From assembly GCA_050246315.1 (NCBI GenBank), contig JBFWWG010000016.1, positions 18,193-82,192 of the forward strand: a stretch of 64,000 nt of DNA, given 5' to 3'. Numbering within the stretch: the first letter of the stretch is position 1; each line of letters opens with the position of its first letter. This stretch comes from Nitrospiraceae bacterium. Its GTDB lineage: Bacteria > Nitrospirota > Nitrospiria > Nitrospirales > Nitrospiraceae. A model generated the notes under the pieces. The model was given only the letters and a program-made list of their open reading frames with translations, did no database searches and was not told the origin of the DNA. Shown here piece by piece: positions 27,400 to 37,735 of this stretch. Position numbers and translations under genes: made by a program.

Positions 27400-29535
27400 T
27401 CATACCGGTGGCACGATTGGTCTCATCAAGAGCGAGGGAATGCAATCGCTCGGCACAGGCGGGCTAAAGAGATATCCTTGGGCCTCGTCGCACCCCAATT
27501 GGCGGAGCAACGAAAGTTGCGGCTGGGTTTCAATGCCCTCCGCCAGCACCCGCAAATTGCGCGCGTGGGCGATGGCGATCATGGCTTTGGCGATCGTCGC
27601 ATCCGTCTCGTTCGTCGCCACGTCCGTGATGAACGAACGATCGATCTTGACGGTGTCGAAGGGAAGCGTGCGGAGATGACCGATCGACGAGTGGCCGGTC
27701 CCGAAATCGTCAAGAGCCAACCGTATGCCGATCCCCGTCAACTGCTGCATCATGATGGCGGCTTCTTCCGGTTGAGGCATCATGATCGTTTCGGTCAGTT
27801 CCAATTCAAGACGCGCGGGAGCGAACCCAGTCTCACGCAAGAGGCGAGAGAGTCGCGTGACCAGGCCGCGATCACTGAATTGCGCATTGGAGACGTTCAC
27901 CGCCAGGATGAGCGGAGAGCCGTCCGGAGATCGCCAGAGCGCGGCTTCCCGACAGGCCGTGTCCAGCACCCATTCCCCCACAGCCTGTCCAAGCCCGATC
28001 TCATCGACCAGGTCAACAAACCGTCCGGGCAACAGCAGGCCTCGGGTGGGGTGCGCCCACCTCACCAGGGCCTCGACGCCGATGACCTGCCCCGTGTGGA
28101 GGTCCACCAGGGGCTGGTAATGGAGGCGAAGCTCCTCGCGTTCGATGGCCCGCCTGAGGTCATTCTCCAGCGCCAGCCGGTCCGCCGCGAGCTCGTTCAT
28201 GGACCGTGAATAGAACCGGTAGTTGTTGCGGCCTTCGTTCTTCGCCTGATACATCGCCGTGTCGGCATTCTTGAGCAACTCTTCCAGATTCTCGCCGTCG
28301 GCCGGGTGGAGCGAGATCCCAATACTGCCTGTGATGAAGACTTCCCGCCCTTCCAGCAGGAATGGATGAGCGATGGCGGTCAAAATTCGGCGTGCAATCC
28401 CGCTGGCATGGTCGGGTTGGCGCAGCTCGGGGAGCAGAATGGTGAACTCGTCTCCGCCGAGCCGCGCCACCGCCCCGGCCGTTTCCGAAGAGCCGGGTCG
28501 GATCACGGAGTCGGAGGCGCGGATCGCCTCCATGATCCGCTCGGCGGCCTGCTTCAACAGGGCGTCGCCGGCCGAATGGCCCAGCGAATCGTTGATGAAC
28601 TTGAACCGGTCGATATCCAGGAACAGAATTCCCAGCATCGCGTGATGTCGCTGGGCGGCAGCTAAGGCCTGCTGAGCCCGATCTCGAAAGAGGAGCCGGT
28701 TGGGCAGTCCGGTCAGACTGTCGTAGTAGGCCAGATGGTGGATATGCTCCTCGATCCGGCGGCGTTCCGTAATGTCCTGCACGGTGCCTGTCAGACTGGC
28801 CGCGGTTTGGCCATCCTCGGCCGACAGCGCGCGGGCTTGAAGGCTGACGGTCCGGTGCTCTCCGTCCGGCATCGTCAACGTATGTTCCTGGCGAGAGGGC
28901 TGGTGCGAGACGAAGTTTCCCTGCAGCACGCTTTTGAATAATCCGCCAACCGCAGGAGGAGCGAGAGACACAAACTCATCCAACGATCCTGAAAATTCTC
29001 GAATGGATAGCCCCAGGATGATCGCGGCTCGCTCGGAGACCCGCAATTGACGCTTCGCGGTATCCCACTCCCAACTGCCGACCTGCGCCAGGTGCTGAGC
29101 ATGGGCCAAATGCTCCTTGCTGCGGGACAGTTCGCGGAGTGCGGCACCCGCTCGGAGGAGGTAGCGGACGCGATGGCCCAGAATGAGCGGATTGAACGGC
29201 TTGGACATGAAATCCGTCCCGCCGGCCTCGTAGGCGCGCGCCACCGACTCCGTGTCATCATGCGAGGTCATGAAGACGATCGGAACATGGGTCGCCTGGG
29301 GGAGCTGTCTCAGCGACGAGCACGTGGCGAATCCATCCATGCCGGGCATGACCACGTCCATCAACACCAGATCGGGTTTGAGCGAAGGGAACTGTGTCAC
29401 GGCATCACGACCGGACGAGACGGCTTCGACGTCGAAGCCGGCCTGCACGAGGGTGTCGCCGACCAGGGCACGGATGCCCGCCTCGTCATCCACGACCAGC
29501 ACGAGCGGGCGCTTGACCGTCGGGGCTCCGGTCAT
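27400..29535 (-). CDS. REC-PAS-GGDEF-EAL protein
   Basis: LMDVVMP, RLGGDEF, VEALVRW, DDFGTG; the ATG overlaps the upstream kinase stop. Confidence 0.92.
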   Translation of the reverse strand: MTGAPTVKRPLVLVVDDEAGIRALVGDTLVQAGFDVEAVSSGRDAVTQFPSLKPDLVLMDVVMPGMDGFATCSSLRQLPQATHVPIVFMTSHDDTESVARAYEAGGTDFMSKPFNPLILGHRVRYLLRAGAALRELSRSKEHLAHAQHLAQVGSWEWDTAKRQLRVSERAAIILGLSIREFSGSLDEFVSLAPPAVGGLFKSVLQGNFVSHQPSRQEHTLTMPDGEHRTVSLQARALSAEDGQTAASLTGTVQDITERRRIEEHIHHLAYYDSLTGLPNRLLFRDRAQQALAAAQRHHAMLGILFLDIDRFKFINDSLGHSAGDALLKQAAERIMEAIRASDSVIRPGSSETAGAVARLGGDEFTILLPELRQPDHASGIARRILTAIAHPFLLEGREVFITGSIGISLHPADGENLEELLKNADTAMYQAKNEGRNNYRFYSRSMNELAADRLALENDLRRAIEREELRLHYQPLVDLHTGQVIGVEALVRWAHPTRGLLLPGRFVDLVDEIGLGQAVGEWVLDTACREAALWRSPDGSPLILAVNVSNAQFSDRGLVTRLSRLLRETGFAPARLELELTETIMMPQPEEAAIMMQQLTGIGIRLALDDFGTGHSSIGHLRTLPFDTVKIDRSFITDVATNETDATIAKAMIAIAHARNLRVLAEGIETQPQLSLLRQLGCDEAQGYLFSPPVPSDCIPSLLMRPIVPPV

Positions 29536-32500
29536 GCTGTAAGCCGCCGTTCGATTTCGGCCCGAAAGGAAGACTTCACCGCCTGATACTCCCGCTCGAA
29601 TCGGGAGAAGATCGCCGTTGCCTCCAGGAGCTGCTTGGTCCGCCCGCACTGTTCGAGATCTTTGCTGAAGGCGGCCAATTTGATCGCGCCGAGGACGCCG
29701 CATCGGGACTTGAACCCATGCGCCAGGGAGAAGAGCCGGTCGGCCTCGTTGTTTTGGACGGCGGTCCGGACCTGCTCTACGATCTGATCCGAATCCGTGA
29801 GAAACATCGAGAGCATGGACACGAGGACGTCGGGTCGCCCCGGTCGCTGTAAGGCCAAAATGTCCTTCCAGACCTTTTGATCGATCGCCGCGACGTCCTG
29901 CGCAACGCCGCCCTCTTCCTTCACATGAGAGGGCGGCAGGGCTGATCCTGGGGGTTCGACCTCGTCGCCCGGTGCTTGAATGCCGGGGGCGCGGGGCCCG
30001 ATCCGCATGGGCACGGTCCGACTCTGGGGTCGGCACCAGCGGCGCACCACCTCGGCGAGTTGCCGTCGGGTAAAGGGCTTGGCCAGATAGTCGTCCATGC
30101 CGGCGGCGAGGCACCGTTCACGATCGCCCTGAATCGCGTGCGCGGTGAGAGCGATGATCGGTACGCGAGGCTGAGTCCTTGATGATCGGTCATCGGTCAT
30201 GGAAGGAGGAGCGGTGGGTTCTGCCTGCTCAGGCGATTGACGGCTGACCATCGGCCATCGATTCCTCTCACGTTCTCGAATGGCGCGGGTGGCTGCGAAT
30301 CCGTCCATATCCGGCATTTGACAGTCCATGAAGATCAGGCTGTATGTCGCGCTGGCTGATGCGTTGAGCGCCTCCACCCCGTTCCCGACCACCTCGACCG
30401 AACAGCCGAGGTCCTCAAGCATCAACCGGGCGACCTCCTGGTTGACGGCGTTATCCTCCGCAACCAGCACGTTGGCGGAGAATGTCTCCGGCGAAGGTGG
30501 TGGATCGGCGTCCGAAAGCGACGCACCTTTCGCCTGATGGGAGTCGGACCGGCCGGTCTTGGGGGAGAGCAACAGGGTCAGCAGCGCCTCCATCAATAAG
30601 GATCGGCGAACCGGCTTGGCGAGGACCGCATCGACTGCGTCATTCATGTCAGGTGGTTGCTCGGTCAGGCCTCCGAGGGACGCGAGCAGGATGAGACTGG
30701 TGCCGGACAGCGCCGGATCGGCCTTGATCTGCCTGGCCAGGTCCATGCCACTCACCTCCGGCATGCGCTGATCGAGGAGGGCAAGCTCGAACGGCCTTCC
30801 TGCTACAACCGCATCCTTCAGAACCGCCAATGCCTCTCGGCCGGTTGACACGCCGGAGGGAGCGAGGTTCCATTCGGTCAACCGCTCCTGAAGGATCTCG
30901 CGACTGGGCTGATTATCGTCGATGACCAGGATGCGCCGTCCCGATAGATCCGGCGGGGCCAACCGATCGAGGGATGGCGCCGTGGTGACAGGTTCCGGTT
31001 TGGTCAGTCGGACGGTGAACCAGAAGGTGGTGCCTTGCCCCTCCGTGCTCTGCATGCCGATCTCTCCCTGCATCAGTTCCACCAGTTGTTTGGCGATGGA
31101 GAGGCCGAGTCCAGTGCCGCCATACTTTCTTGTGGACGAGTTGTCGGCTTGGCAGAACGGCTCGAAGATCTGTCGCCGGGCTTCCGGCGGAATGCCGATA
31201 CCGGTATCGGTGATCTCCACGCGAAGCGTCGCGGATGATTGGTGGTCTTCCAGCGCGGAGACGTAGAGGCCGATTTCACCACGCTCCGTGAACTTGATGG
31301 CGTTGCCAAGCAGGTTGATCAGGATTTGACGGAGTCGGGCCGGATCGCCAACGAGCGCGGTCGGGACGGTGCGTGGAATGGAACAGAGGAATTCCAATCC
31401 CTTGCGCTGCGCCCGCTCCGCGACCAGTTCGGCCACGTCCTCGACCGTTTCTCCGAAATCGAAGGGCAGTGTTTCCAGTTCGAGTTTGCCGGCCTCGATT
31501 TTCGAGAAGTCCAGGATGTCGTTGATCGTGTGAAGCAGGGCCGTGGCCGAACGGTGGATGGTGTCGACGAAATGCCGTTGCCGGTTCGTCAGCGCGGTCG
31601 CCAGCAGCAATTCGGTCATCCCCAGCACGCCGTTCATGGGGGTACGAATCTCGTGACTCATGTTGGCGACGAATTGGGATTTGAGGCGGCTCACCTCGAG
31701 CGCGCGATCGCGGGCCGATTCCATCGCCGTGTTCGCCTGCACGAGTTCATCGCGTGAACGGCGGAGATCTTCCGTCATGCGATCGAAGGAGCGAGCCAAG
31801 GTGCCCACCTCGTCGGTACCCATCACGCCGATCGTTTGCGAGAGGTCGCCGGCGGCGATGCGGTCGGCCAGATGGGTTAAGGATTGGATGGGGATGGAAA
31901 TGTGGCGGGAGAGCCGGTACGCCACCGCGAGTACCAGTAGCGTCGTGATCAGGAACAGCCCGAGAAAAAGACGCCGGAGAGTCTCGACCTGCCCAAAGGC
32001 ATCTTCGCGATCCTGGGCCACCAGCACCGTCCAGCCGAGCCCTACGAACGTGCGGAAGCCCGTGGACTTCGCGAAGCCGATCAGAAAATCGTTCCGATCG
32101 GTCAGGAACGATCCACGATCCTCACGGTGCGAAGCATCGGGCGGTCTGTAGCCGAGATGCAGAAGGGTGGTTGGAGGAAACGGACGAGGCGCAGACCCGC
32201 CGAGTAGAAACGAGGGCCCTGCCAGCACCGCGCCTTCCTCATTGACCAGCAGCACAGAGCCCTGCCGTTCTCCGGTCCCCCCTTGGACCTTGACCTGCGC
32301 CGTGATCTCCTGGAGTTCGGACTGCGGGAGGTGGGCGACAAGATAGCCGATCGGCTTGCGTCCGCCGTTTGGTTCGGTGATCGGCGTCATGATGCGGAGA
32401 CTGATCGATTTGGTAAGGGGATCGTCGGTCAGGTCTGTGGTGCTCACGCTCGCGCTCTGCGCAGCGGTGTGAAACCACGGCTCCTCCGAGACGACATGCC

Positions 32501-32888
32501 CGATCAAGGAGACGTCGCTTGAGGAGACGATCTTGCCGCCCGTATTGATGCAGTAAATGGAGGAGTAATGGCCGTACTGGCTCCACAGGCGCAGGAGACT
32601 CAGGGTGATGCGTCCCCGAGGATCGTCGGCGGCCACATCCTGCATGGCATCCATAGAGGCCCAGGCTTGAAGGTCCTGCGTGCTGGCGAAGATCACCCGG
32701 TCGATTTTGCCTATGGTTTGCGCGGCCAGTTCCTCCAATTTTTCGCTCGCGTTCCGCTTGAGGATATCCTGGCTGGTTCCATAGACGATGATCCCGACCA
32801 CGATCAGTGGGACAAGCGCTAAAACCAGCAGGGCGGTCAGGAGCTTGGCCCGGATCGATATTCGGGAGAAAAGCGAGGACAGCGACAT
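29532..32888 (-). CDS. Hybrid sensor histidine kinase (Cache-like, HAMP, HisKA, HATPase, two REC, Hpt)
   Basis: ANMSHEIRTPMNG, NLLGNAIKFT, DTGIGI, GTGLGL, two receiver domains, AHGFKS Hpt. Confidence 0.93.
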   Translation of the reverse strand: MSLSSLFSRISIRAKLLTALLVLALVPLIVVGIIVYGTSQDILKRNASEKLEELAAQTIGKIDRVIFASTQDLQAWASMDAMQDVAADDPRGRITLSLLRLWSQYGHYSSIYCINTGGKIVSSSDVSLIGHVVSEEPWFHTAAQSASVSTTDLTDDPLTKSISLRIMTPITEPNGGRKPIGYLVAHLPQSELQEITAQVKVQGGTGERQGSVLLVNEEGAVLAGPSFLLGGSAPRPFPPTTLLHLGYRPPDASHREDRGSFLTDRNDFLIGFAKSTGFRTFVGLGWTVLVAQDREDAFGQVETLRRLFLGLFLITTLLVLAVAYRLSRHISIPIQSLTHLADRIAAGDLSQTIGVMGTDEVGTLARSFDRMTEDLRRSRDELVQANTAMESARDRALEVSRLKSQFVANMSHEIRTPMNGVLGMTELLLATALTNRQRHFVDTIHRSATALLHTINDILDFSKIEAGKLELETLPFDFGETVEDVAELVAERAQRKGLEFLCSIPRTVPTALVGDPARLRQILINLLGNAIKFTERGEIGLYVSALEDHQSSATLRVEITDTGIGIPPEARRQIFEPFCQADNSSTRKYGGTGLGLSIAKQLVELMQGEIGMQSTEGQGTTFWFTVRLTKPEPVTTAPSLDRLAPPDLSGRRILVIDDNQPSREILQERLTEWNLAPSGVSTGREALAVLKDAVVAGRPFELALLDQRMPEVSGMDLARQIKADPALSGTSLILLASLGGLTEQPPDMNDAVDAVLAKPVRRSLLMEALLTLLLSPKTGRSDSHQAKGASLSDADPPPSPETFSANVLVAEDNAVNQEVARLMLEDLGCSVEVVGNGVEALNASASATYSLIFMDCQMPDMDGFAATRAIRERERNRWPMVSRQSPEQAEPTAPPSMTDDRSSRTQPRVPIIALTAHAIQGDRERCLAAGMDDYLAKPFTRRQLAEVVRRWCRPQSRTVPMRIGPRAPGIQAPGDEVEPPGSALPPSHVKEEGGVAQDVAAIDQKVWKDILALQRPGRPDVLVSMLSMFLTDSDQIVEQVRTAVQNNEADRLFSLAHGFKSRCGVLGAIKLAAFSKDLEQCGRTKQLLEATAIFSRFEREYQAVKSSFRAEIERRLTA

Positions 32889-33076
32889 GAATGTTCGTGT
32901 GGAGTTCGGGCCGCGAACCGGCCGTGCCGGCGATGAGCGGATTGCGTGATCGTCGCAGAGCGACGGATGCGCCCCAGTGACGCCGTTCCCCGGTTCGAGT
33001 CAAAGGTAGCAGGCGCCCCGGTACAGTCAACGAATATGCGGTTTGCTGGAAGCTGAACTCAGAAGGACCGAAGGGA

Positions 33077-35584
33077 TCAGGTGCCGCCACTCGATGACTG
33101 CTCCAGAGGCGGCAGCCAGCGGGCGAGCATGCGTTCAAGTTGGAAACGTGTGAATGGTTTGGAAAGGGAGTCGTCCATCCCGGCGGCGAAACAGGACTGC
33201 CGGTCGCTCTCAAGCGCATGGGTCGTCAGCGCGACGATCGGGAGCCGGGGTGTTCCGGATGCGGAAGCGGCCTCGCGGGCTCGGATTCGGCGTGTCGCCT
33301 CGAATCCGTCCATCTCCGGCATGTGGCAATCCATCAAGACCAGCGCGTATCGAGTCCGACCGGTCGCTGCGAGCGCCTCAAGCCCGTTCTCTGAAATCTC
33401 TACTTCGCAGCCGAATTGTTCCAGGATCGTTCGGGCAACCTCTTGATTCACACTATTGTCCTCAACCAGGAGGATGCGGCCTGCGAACTGTGGCAGGGCG
33501 GCCTGGCCTCGACTGATCGAGCCGGCTGATGATGTGGCTGGTGTGGCTGGATGGACTGAGAGCGACGCGGAGGTGTCGTGCTTCAGTCGCCCGACCAACG
33601 CTCGATAGAGAGCCTGATAACGAACCGGTTTGGCCAGGACCACATCCACCCCTGCTTGTCGTGCGATTTCATGGTCGAACTCGGGCGGCGCCAGCAAGAT
33701 TATGGGAGGCAAGGGTCCACCCGCCTCGTGTTTGAGTCTGTCGATCAATGAAAGTCCATCGCCGTCCGCTAAGATCAGGTCCAGAATGATGTGGGTGAAC
33801 GGAGTCGAGGTGGATGGCGTTTGTCTGAGGGCATTGAGGGCTGCCGTTCCGGTGGGGGCCTCTTCTGGGTGGAGGCCCCATCCCTTGAGGGTGTGCGTCA
33901 AGACCTGTCTGCTGGCGGCGTGGGGCGCAACGATCAAGATTTTCGGAGGAGGAGTTGCGAGACAAGCAGCGAGAAAGGGCGGCGTGGCGGTTCCGATCGG
34001 CAGTGGGAGCCGGAGTCGAACGGTAGAGCCGTGGCCGATTCGACTGTCCAATCCGATCGTTCCCCTCATGAGTCGGACGAGGTGAGTAACGAGCGCAAGC
34101 CCCAGTCCGGCGCCTCCGGAATGTCCTGAGTGCGATTCGCGGACTGACGGGGAGAGGGCGAGTAGACGAGCGTGGTCTTCTTGCGCGATGCCGATACCTG
34201 TATCCTTGATGTCAAACTGGACTTCCGCCAGCCCCTCCTCGACAAAGGCGGCGGAGACGCAGAGTTCAATCATTCCCTGATGCGTGAACGTGACGGCGTT
34301 GTTGAGCAGGTGGCGGAGCATCTGCCGGATTCGGTAGTCATCGCCGACGACCACAGCCGGACAGGTCGAGAGGATCGTGCCGGTAAGGCGGAGGCCCTTG
34401 ACATGCGCATCGGCGCGGACGAGATCGAGGGCTTCTTCCACGGTGTCCCGAAGATCGAAGGCAATCGGGCGGAGCACCAATGACCCGGCCGTCAGATCTG
34501 AGAGTGCCGCGCGGTCGTTCAAGCGGGACAAGAGTGTCCTGCCGGACGCGAGGGTGGTGGCCGCGTATCGTCGTTGCTGTTCGGTCAGCGAACCGCGCAG
34601 CAACAGGTCCATCATGCCCAACAGCACGGTCATGGGCATGCGGACCTCCTGAGTGTGGGGGGAGCGGAACTGCGACTCGCGTGCGGCCAAGTCCTGCGCG
34701 CCATGATGTCCAGCCTCGCGGTCTCGTCGAGACGACGCCAGAGGTTTCGTCGTTTGTTGAAGCTGATCCGCACCCTGTGTCTGCTCGGCGCAGGCATGGT
34801 CCAACGCGGCACGTGCGATCTCCGATTCATGTACTTGGTGGCGTGACTCCTCGTCAAACGGACGTCGCTCCACGGCCATGGCCTGTTGGAGGTCTTGAAT
34901 CTGTTGCAGTAACGCGTTGAATTGCTCTACGAGCCTGTCGAGGTCGCCATGCCCCGATTTTTGGATGCGGAGGGAAAAATCCCGCTCGGCCAGAGCCGTC
35001 CCTGTCATGCGCGTCAGATCGAGAATTGGACCGCTGATCCGTCGATACAAGAAGTTTCCCAGTATCCAGGCCACCGTCAACCCGAGAAGCATGAGGGCGA
35101 CGACCAGCGCGGCATAGTGCGTGGCGCGATCATATATGGGCGACAGGTCGGCATGGAGCAGTATCCTCCCAGCGGCCTCTGCCTCGATCGGCACGGGTCT
35201 CTGAATCGCCACGGCCTTGCTCCCGAGAGCGGCGCGCAAGGCTCGCTGAACCGCTGAGTGGGAGGGGCCGGGACCGGGCCGGTCATATCGTGCCAGCTCC
35301 AGACCCTGGTGATCGTACAAGATTCCGGTCGTCACGGTGGGATAAAGACGGAGGGTGCTCAGCGCCCGTTCCCCCGCTGAGCGGTCCGCGGTCAACACCG
35401 CCTCCCTGCTTAGGGTACTGAGAAACTCCGCCTGTCGAATCAGTTCTTTGGTGGCGGCTGCTTTGGCGAGATACAGATCAAGGCAGACCAGGAGAGTACC
35501 CATAAGGAGCAAGGCGACGCCGGTAACGGCCAAGACGATCGTTTGGATTTGGCGGTCAATCGAATGCAGCCGGCCGTCGGCCAT
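33077..35584 (-). CDS. Hybrid histidine-kinase-like protein with a degenerate H-box (probable pseudokinase) and two REC domains
   Basis: SQFRSPHTQEVRMPM in place of SQFxANMSHEIRTPM; DTGIGI, GAGLGL; LMDCHMPEMDG. Confidence 0.85.
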   Translation of the reverse strand: MADGRLHSIDRQIQTIVLAVTGVALLLMGTLLVCLDLYLAKAAATKELIRQAEFLSTLSREAVLTADRSAGERALSTLRLYPTVTTGILYDHQGLELARYDRPGPGPSHSAVQRALRAALGSKAVAIQRPVPIEAEAAGRILLHADLSPIYDRATHYAALVVALMLLGLTVAWILGNFLYRRISGPILDLTRMTGTALAERDFSLRIQKSGHGDLDRLVEQFNALLQQIQDLQQAMAVERRPFDEESRHQVHESEIARAALDHACAEQTQGADQLQQTTKPLASSRRDREAGHHGAQDLAARESQFRSPHTQEVRMPMTVLLGMMDLLLRGSLTEQQRRYAATTLASGRTLLSRLNDRAALSDLTAGSLVLRPIAFDLRDTVEEALDLVRADAHVKGLRLTGTILSTCPAVVVGDDYRIRQMLRHLLNNAVTFTHQGMIELCVSAAFVEEGLAEVQFDIKDTGIGIAQEDHARLLALSPSVRESHSGHSGGAGLGLALVTHLVRLMRGTIGLDSRIGHGSTVRLRLPLPIGTATPPFLAACLATPPPKILIVAPHAASRQVLTHTLKGWGLHPEEAPTGTAALNALRQTPSTSTPFTHIILDLILADGDGLSLIDRLKHEAGGPLPPIILLAPPEFDHEIARQAGVDVVLAKPVRYQALYRALVGRLKHDTSASLSVHPATPATSSAGSISRGQAALPQFAGRILLVEDNSVNQEVARTILEQFGCEVEISENGLEALAATGRTRYALVLMDCHMPEMDGFEATRRIRAREAASASGTPRLPIVALTTHALESDRQSCFAAGMDDSLSKPFTRFQLERMLARWLPPLEQSSSGGT

Positions 35585-35649
35585 CGGCGGTTCCCTTGTG
35601 GTAGGAACGGGCGGGACGGGCACAAGCAGCCAAGAGGGCGGATGACGAA

Positions 35650-36057
35650 TTATGGGTATCGGGCTTCGATGAGGCTGCGCAGGCCGCCGCGCGCCGTAAA
35701 CTCCCCGGTCACGGTGGCCCGGACGGGGCGGCAGGCCTTGACCAAATCCTGGAGGATTCGGTTGACGGCGTTCTCGTAGAAAATCCCCACGTTTCGAAAG
35801 GCGTGGATATAGAGCTTGAGCGATTTCAGTTCCACGCAATGTCGGTCAGGCATGTAGTGAATCCGAATCGTTCCGAAATCGGGCAATCCTGTCTTTGGGC
35901 AAATCGCCGTATATTCGGGAATCTCGATGGTGATCTCGTACCCTTTGTATTGATTCGGCCAGGTTTCCAGCTCCGGGAGAGCGGCTGAGATGCCGCTCCT
36001 GGCATGGTCCTCATTGTAGGCGGGAGCAGTCTTCGTGATGGCCTTGGTGCGCCTCAT
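35650..36057 (-). CDS. queF: preQ0 reductase (7-cyano-7-deazaguanine reductase)
   Basis: EYTAICPKTGLPDFG, VELKSLKLY, RGG. Confidence 0.95.
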   Translation of the reverse strand: MRRTKAITKTAPAYNEDHARSGISAALPELETWPNQYKGYEITIEIPEYTAICPKTGLPDFGTIRIHYMPDRHCVELKSLKLYIHAFRNVGIFYENAVNRILQDLVKACRPVRATVTGEFTARGGLRSLIEARYP

Positions 36058-36302
36058 AGCTGGGTCATCCATTCAACCTGGCCGGATTCTTCGAGCTTAA
36101 AATACAAGGCGACCCATGGACATTTCATTTCCGGGTAAACCTCGCAGAACCCGCCTTTGCGCACTCCGCCGCAAGGACCGTGACTCATAAACTTGGGGCA
36201 TTCGGCCTTGACCGTCCCATCGGGCACGGGAGGACGATTGTGCACGCCGCCCGTGTACTGGCTTCCCTCTTCTTCCCCGGCGATTAACACACGTGTGGAC
36301 AT
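36054..36302 (-). CDS. Small Cys-rich MetV/MTHFR C-terminal-like protein
   Basis: CPKFMSHGPCGG...GFCEV...CPW..LY..L motif. Confidence 0.75.
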   Translation of the reverse strand: MSTRVLIAGEEEGSQYTGGVHNRPPVPDGTVKAECPKFMSHGPCGGVRKGGFCEVYPEMKCPWVALYFKLEESGQVEWMTQL

Positions 36303-36584
36303 GGGCCCTAGTCTATACCGAGCAGGAGGCAAACGGCAATTTGAGATCGATTCGAGAAACCGGCAGATGCATTGGGGGACGGCGAGGGGGGCAGAGAGGT
36401 CTGAACGACAAGTCCGTTCGAGTCGCAGGATCGCTGCGGTCGGTAGGACCAATGGCCTAGGCCGTCGGATCGAGCTAGGCCTTCTTTTGTGGAAGGTGGG
36501 GCTTCTGAAATATTGCATTGAAGGCGAGGGAAGGACTAGACTTCGTCTCCACGAACTGGATGTCAGGGATCGGCAACAATGCCG

Positions 36585-36614
36585 TTGACAGTTTTTTTCA
36601 GGCTTTGTTAGACT
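36585..36614 (+). promoter_or_regulatory. Putative sigma70 promoter of the oxidoreductase operon
   Basis: TTGACA, 18-bp spacer, TGn-TAGACT. Confidence 0.5.
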
Positions 36615-36766
36615 TCAGCCGGAAAATCAAGATAATAGCCGGCATTCGCTCGGCGCAGAAGAATCCTTTGTGTGGTTGTATCCTGAGGCCGCTCACTGCG
36701 GCTTTTTCATGGCCGTGAACGAACAGCACTCGACGTGCTGTCAGAATATTCAGAGGAGGGTGCCCG

Positions 36767-37657
36767 ATGAGCCTTGATTACGTCAAGTTTACAAGCGGCT
36801 TCGACAAGTTCATGCCGAAAGAATATCGGGACATGGTGGAGCATGGTCCTTTTGGCAAGAAGGTGTCGGTTTCTCAAATGGGAAGCTTCAAGGAAGTGCT
36901 TGAAGAGCACCCCATGTGCGCCGGATGTGCCATGACGTTGTTCATCAGATTGGCCATGATTTCTTTTCCCAATCCAGAAGACACCATTACCGTGGGGACG
37001 GCGGGCTGCGGCCGCCTCGCCATTTCCCAGGCTGCGATCCCCTTTGTGTATGGGAACTACGGAGACCAGAATGGAGTGGCAAGCGGGTTGTCGCGCGGAC
37101 TTCGCCTGCGGTTCGGCGACAAGCCGAAGGATGTGGTCGTGATGGCCGGAGACGGCGGCACCGCGGACATCGGATTTTCGGCGGTCCTGCATTCCTGGTT
37201 CCGGAAGGAGAAGTTCACGACGATCATGTTGGATAATGAAGTGTACGGAAATACGGGCGGGCAGGAGAGCGGCATGACCAACCGCGGAGCCGTTTTGAAA
37301 ATGGCTCCACTGGGGAAGAAGTTCGAGAAAATGGATATGATCCAGATGGCGAAAGTCGCCGGCTGCTCCTATGTGGCCACGGTGGTGCCGAACAATCCGC
37401 GTCGCGTCGAAAGCGTGATCAAGAAAGCCGTGTTGATTGCGCGCGAAGTCGGTCCCACCTACATCCAGGCGTATACCTCCTGCAACATTGAATATGCGAT
37501 TCCGACCGACAAGGTCATGGAGGATGCCAAGAATGTCGAGAACGACCGGTATGCGTTCTCCGAGTTTGTCTCCGACGAAGCCAAGCAATACCTAACCGAG
37601 CGCTACGGCTACAAGGAGTTCGCGCAGAAGCCGGCGGCGGCGATTCCCAAGGGCTGA
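36767..37657 (+). CDS. forB: 2-oxoacid (probably 2-oxoglutarate):ferredoxin oxidoreductase beta subunit
   Basis: HPMCAGC, GDGG...DNEVYGNTGGQ TPP-binding motif. Confidence 0.88.
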   Translation: MSLDYVKFTSGFDKFMPKEYRDMVEHGPFGKKVSVSQMGSFKEVLEEHPMCAGCAMTLFIRLAMISFPNPEDTITVGTAGCGRLAISQAAIPFVYGNYGDQNGVASGLSRGLRLRFGDKPKDVVVMAGDGGTADIGFSAVLHSWFRKEKFTTIMLDNEVYGNTGGQESGMTNRGAVLKMAPLGKKFEKMDMIQMAKVAGCSYVATVVPNNPRRVESVIKKAVLIAREVGPTYIQAYTSCNIEYAIPTDKVMEDAKNVENDRYAFSEFVSDEAKQYLTERYGYKEFAQKPAAAIPKG

Positions 37658-37735
37658 CCCGTACCGCGTCGAAGCACGTGAGCAGCAGGTTGCGAACGTG
37701 GCGGGTGTGGGCCCGCCCAGCGAGGAGATTAGACC

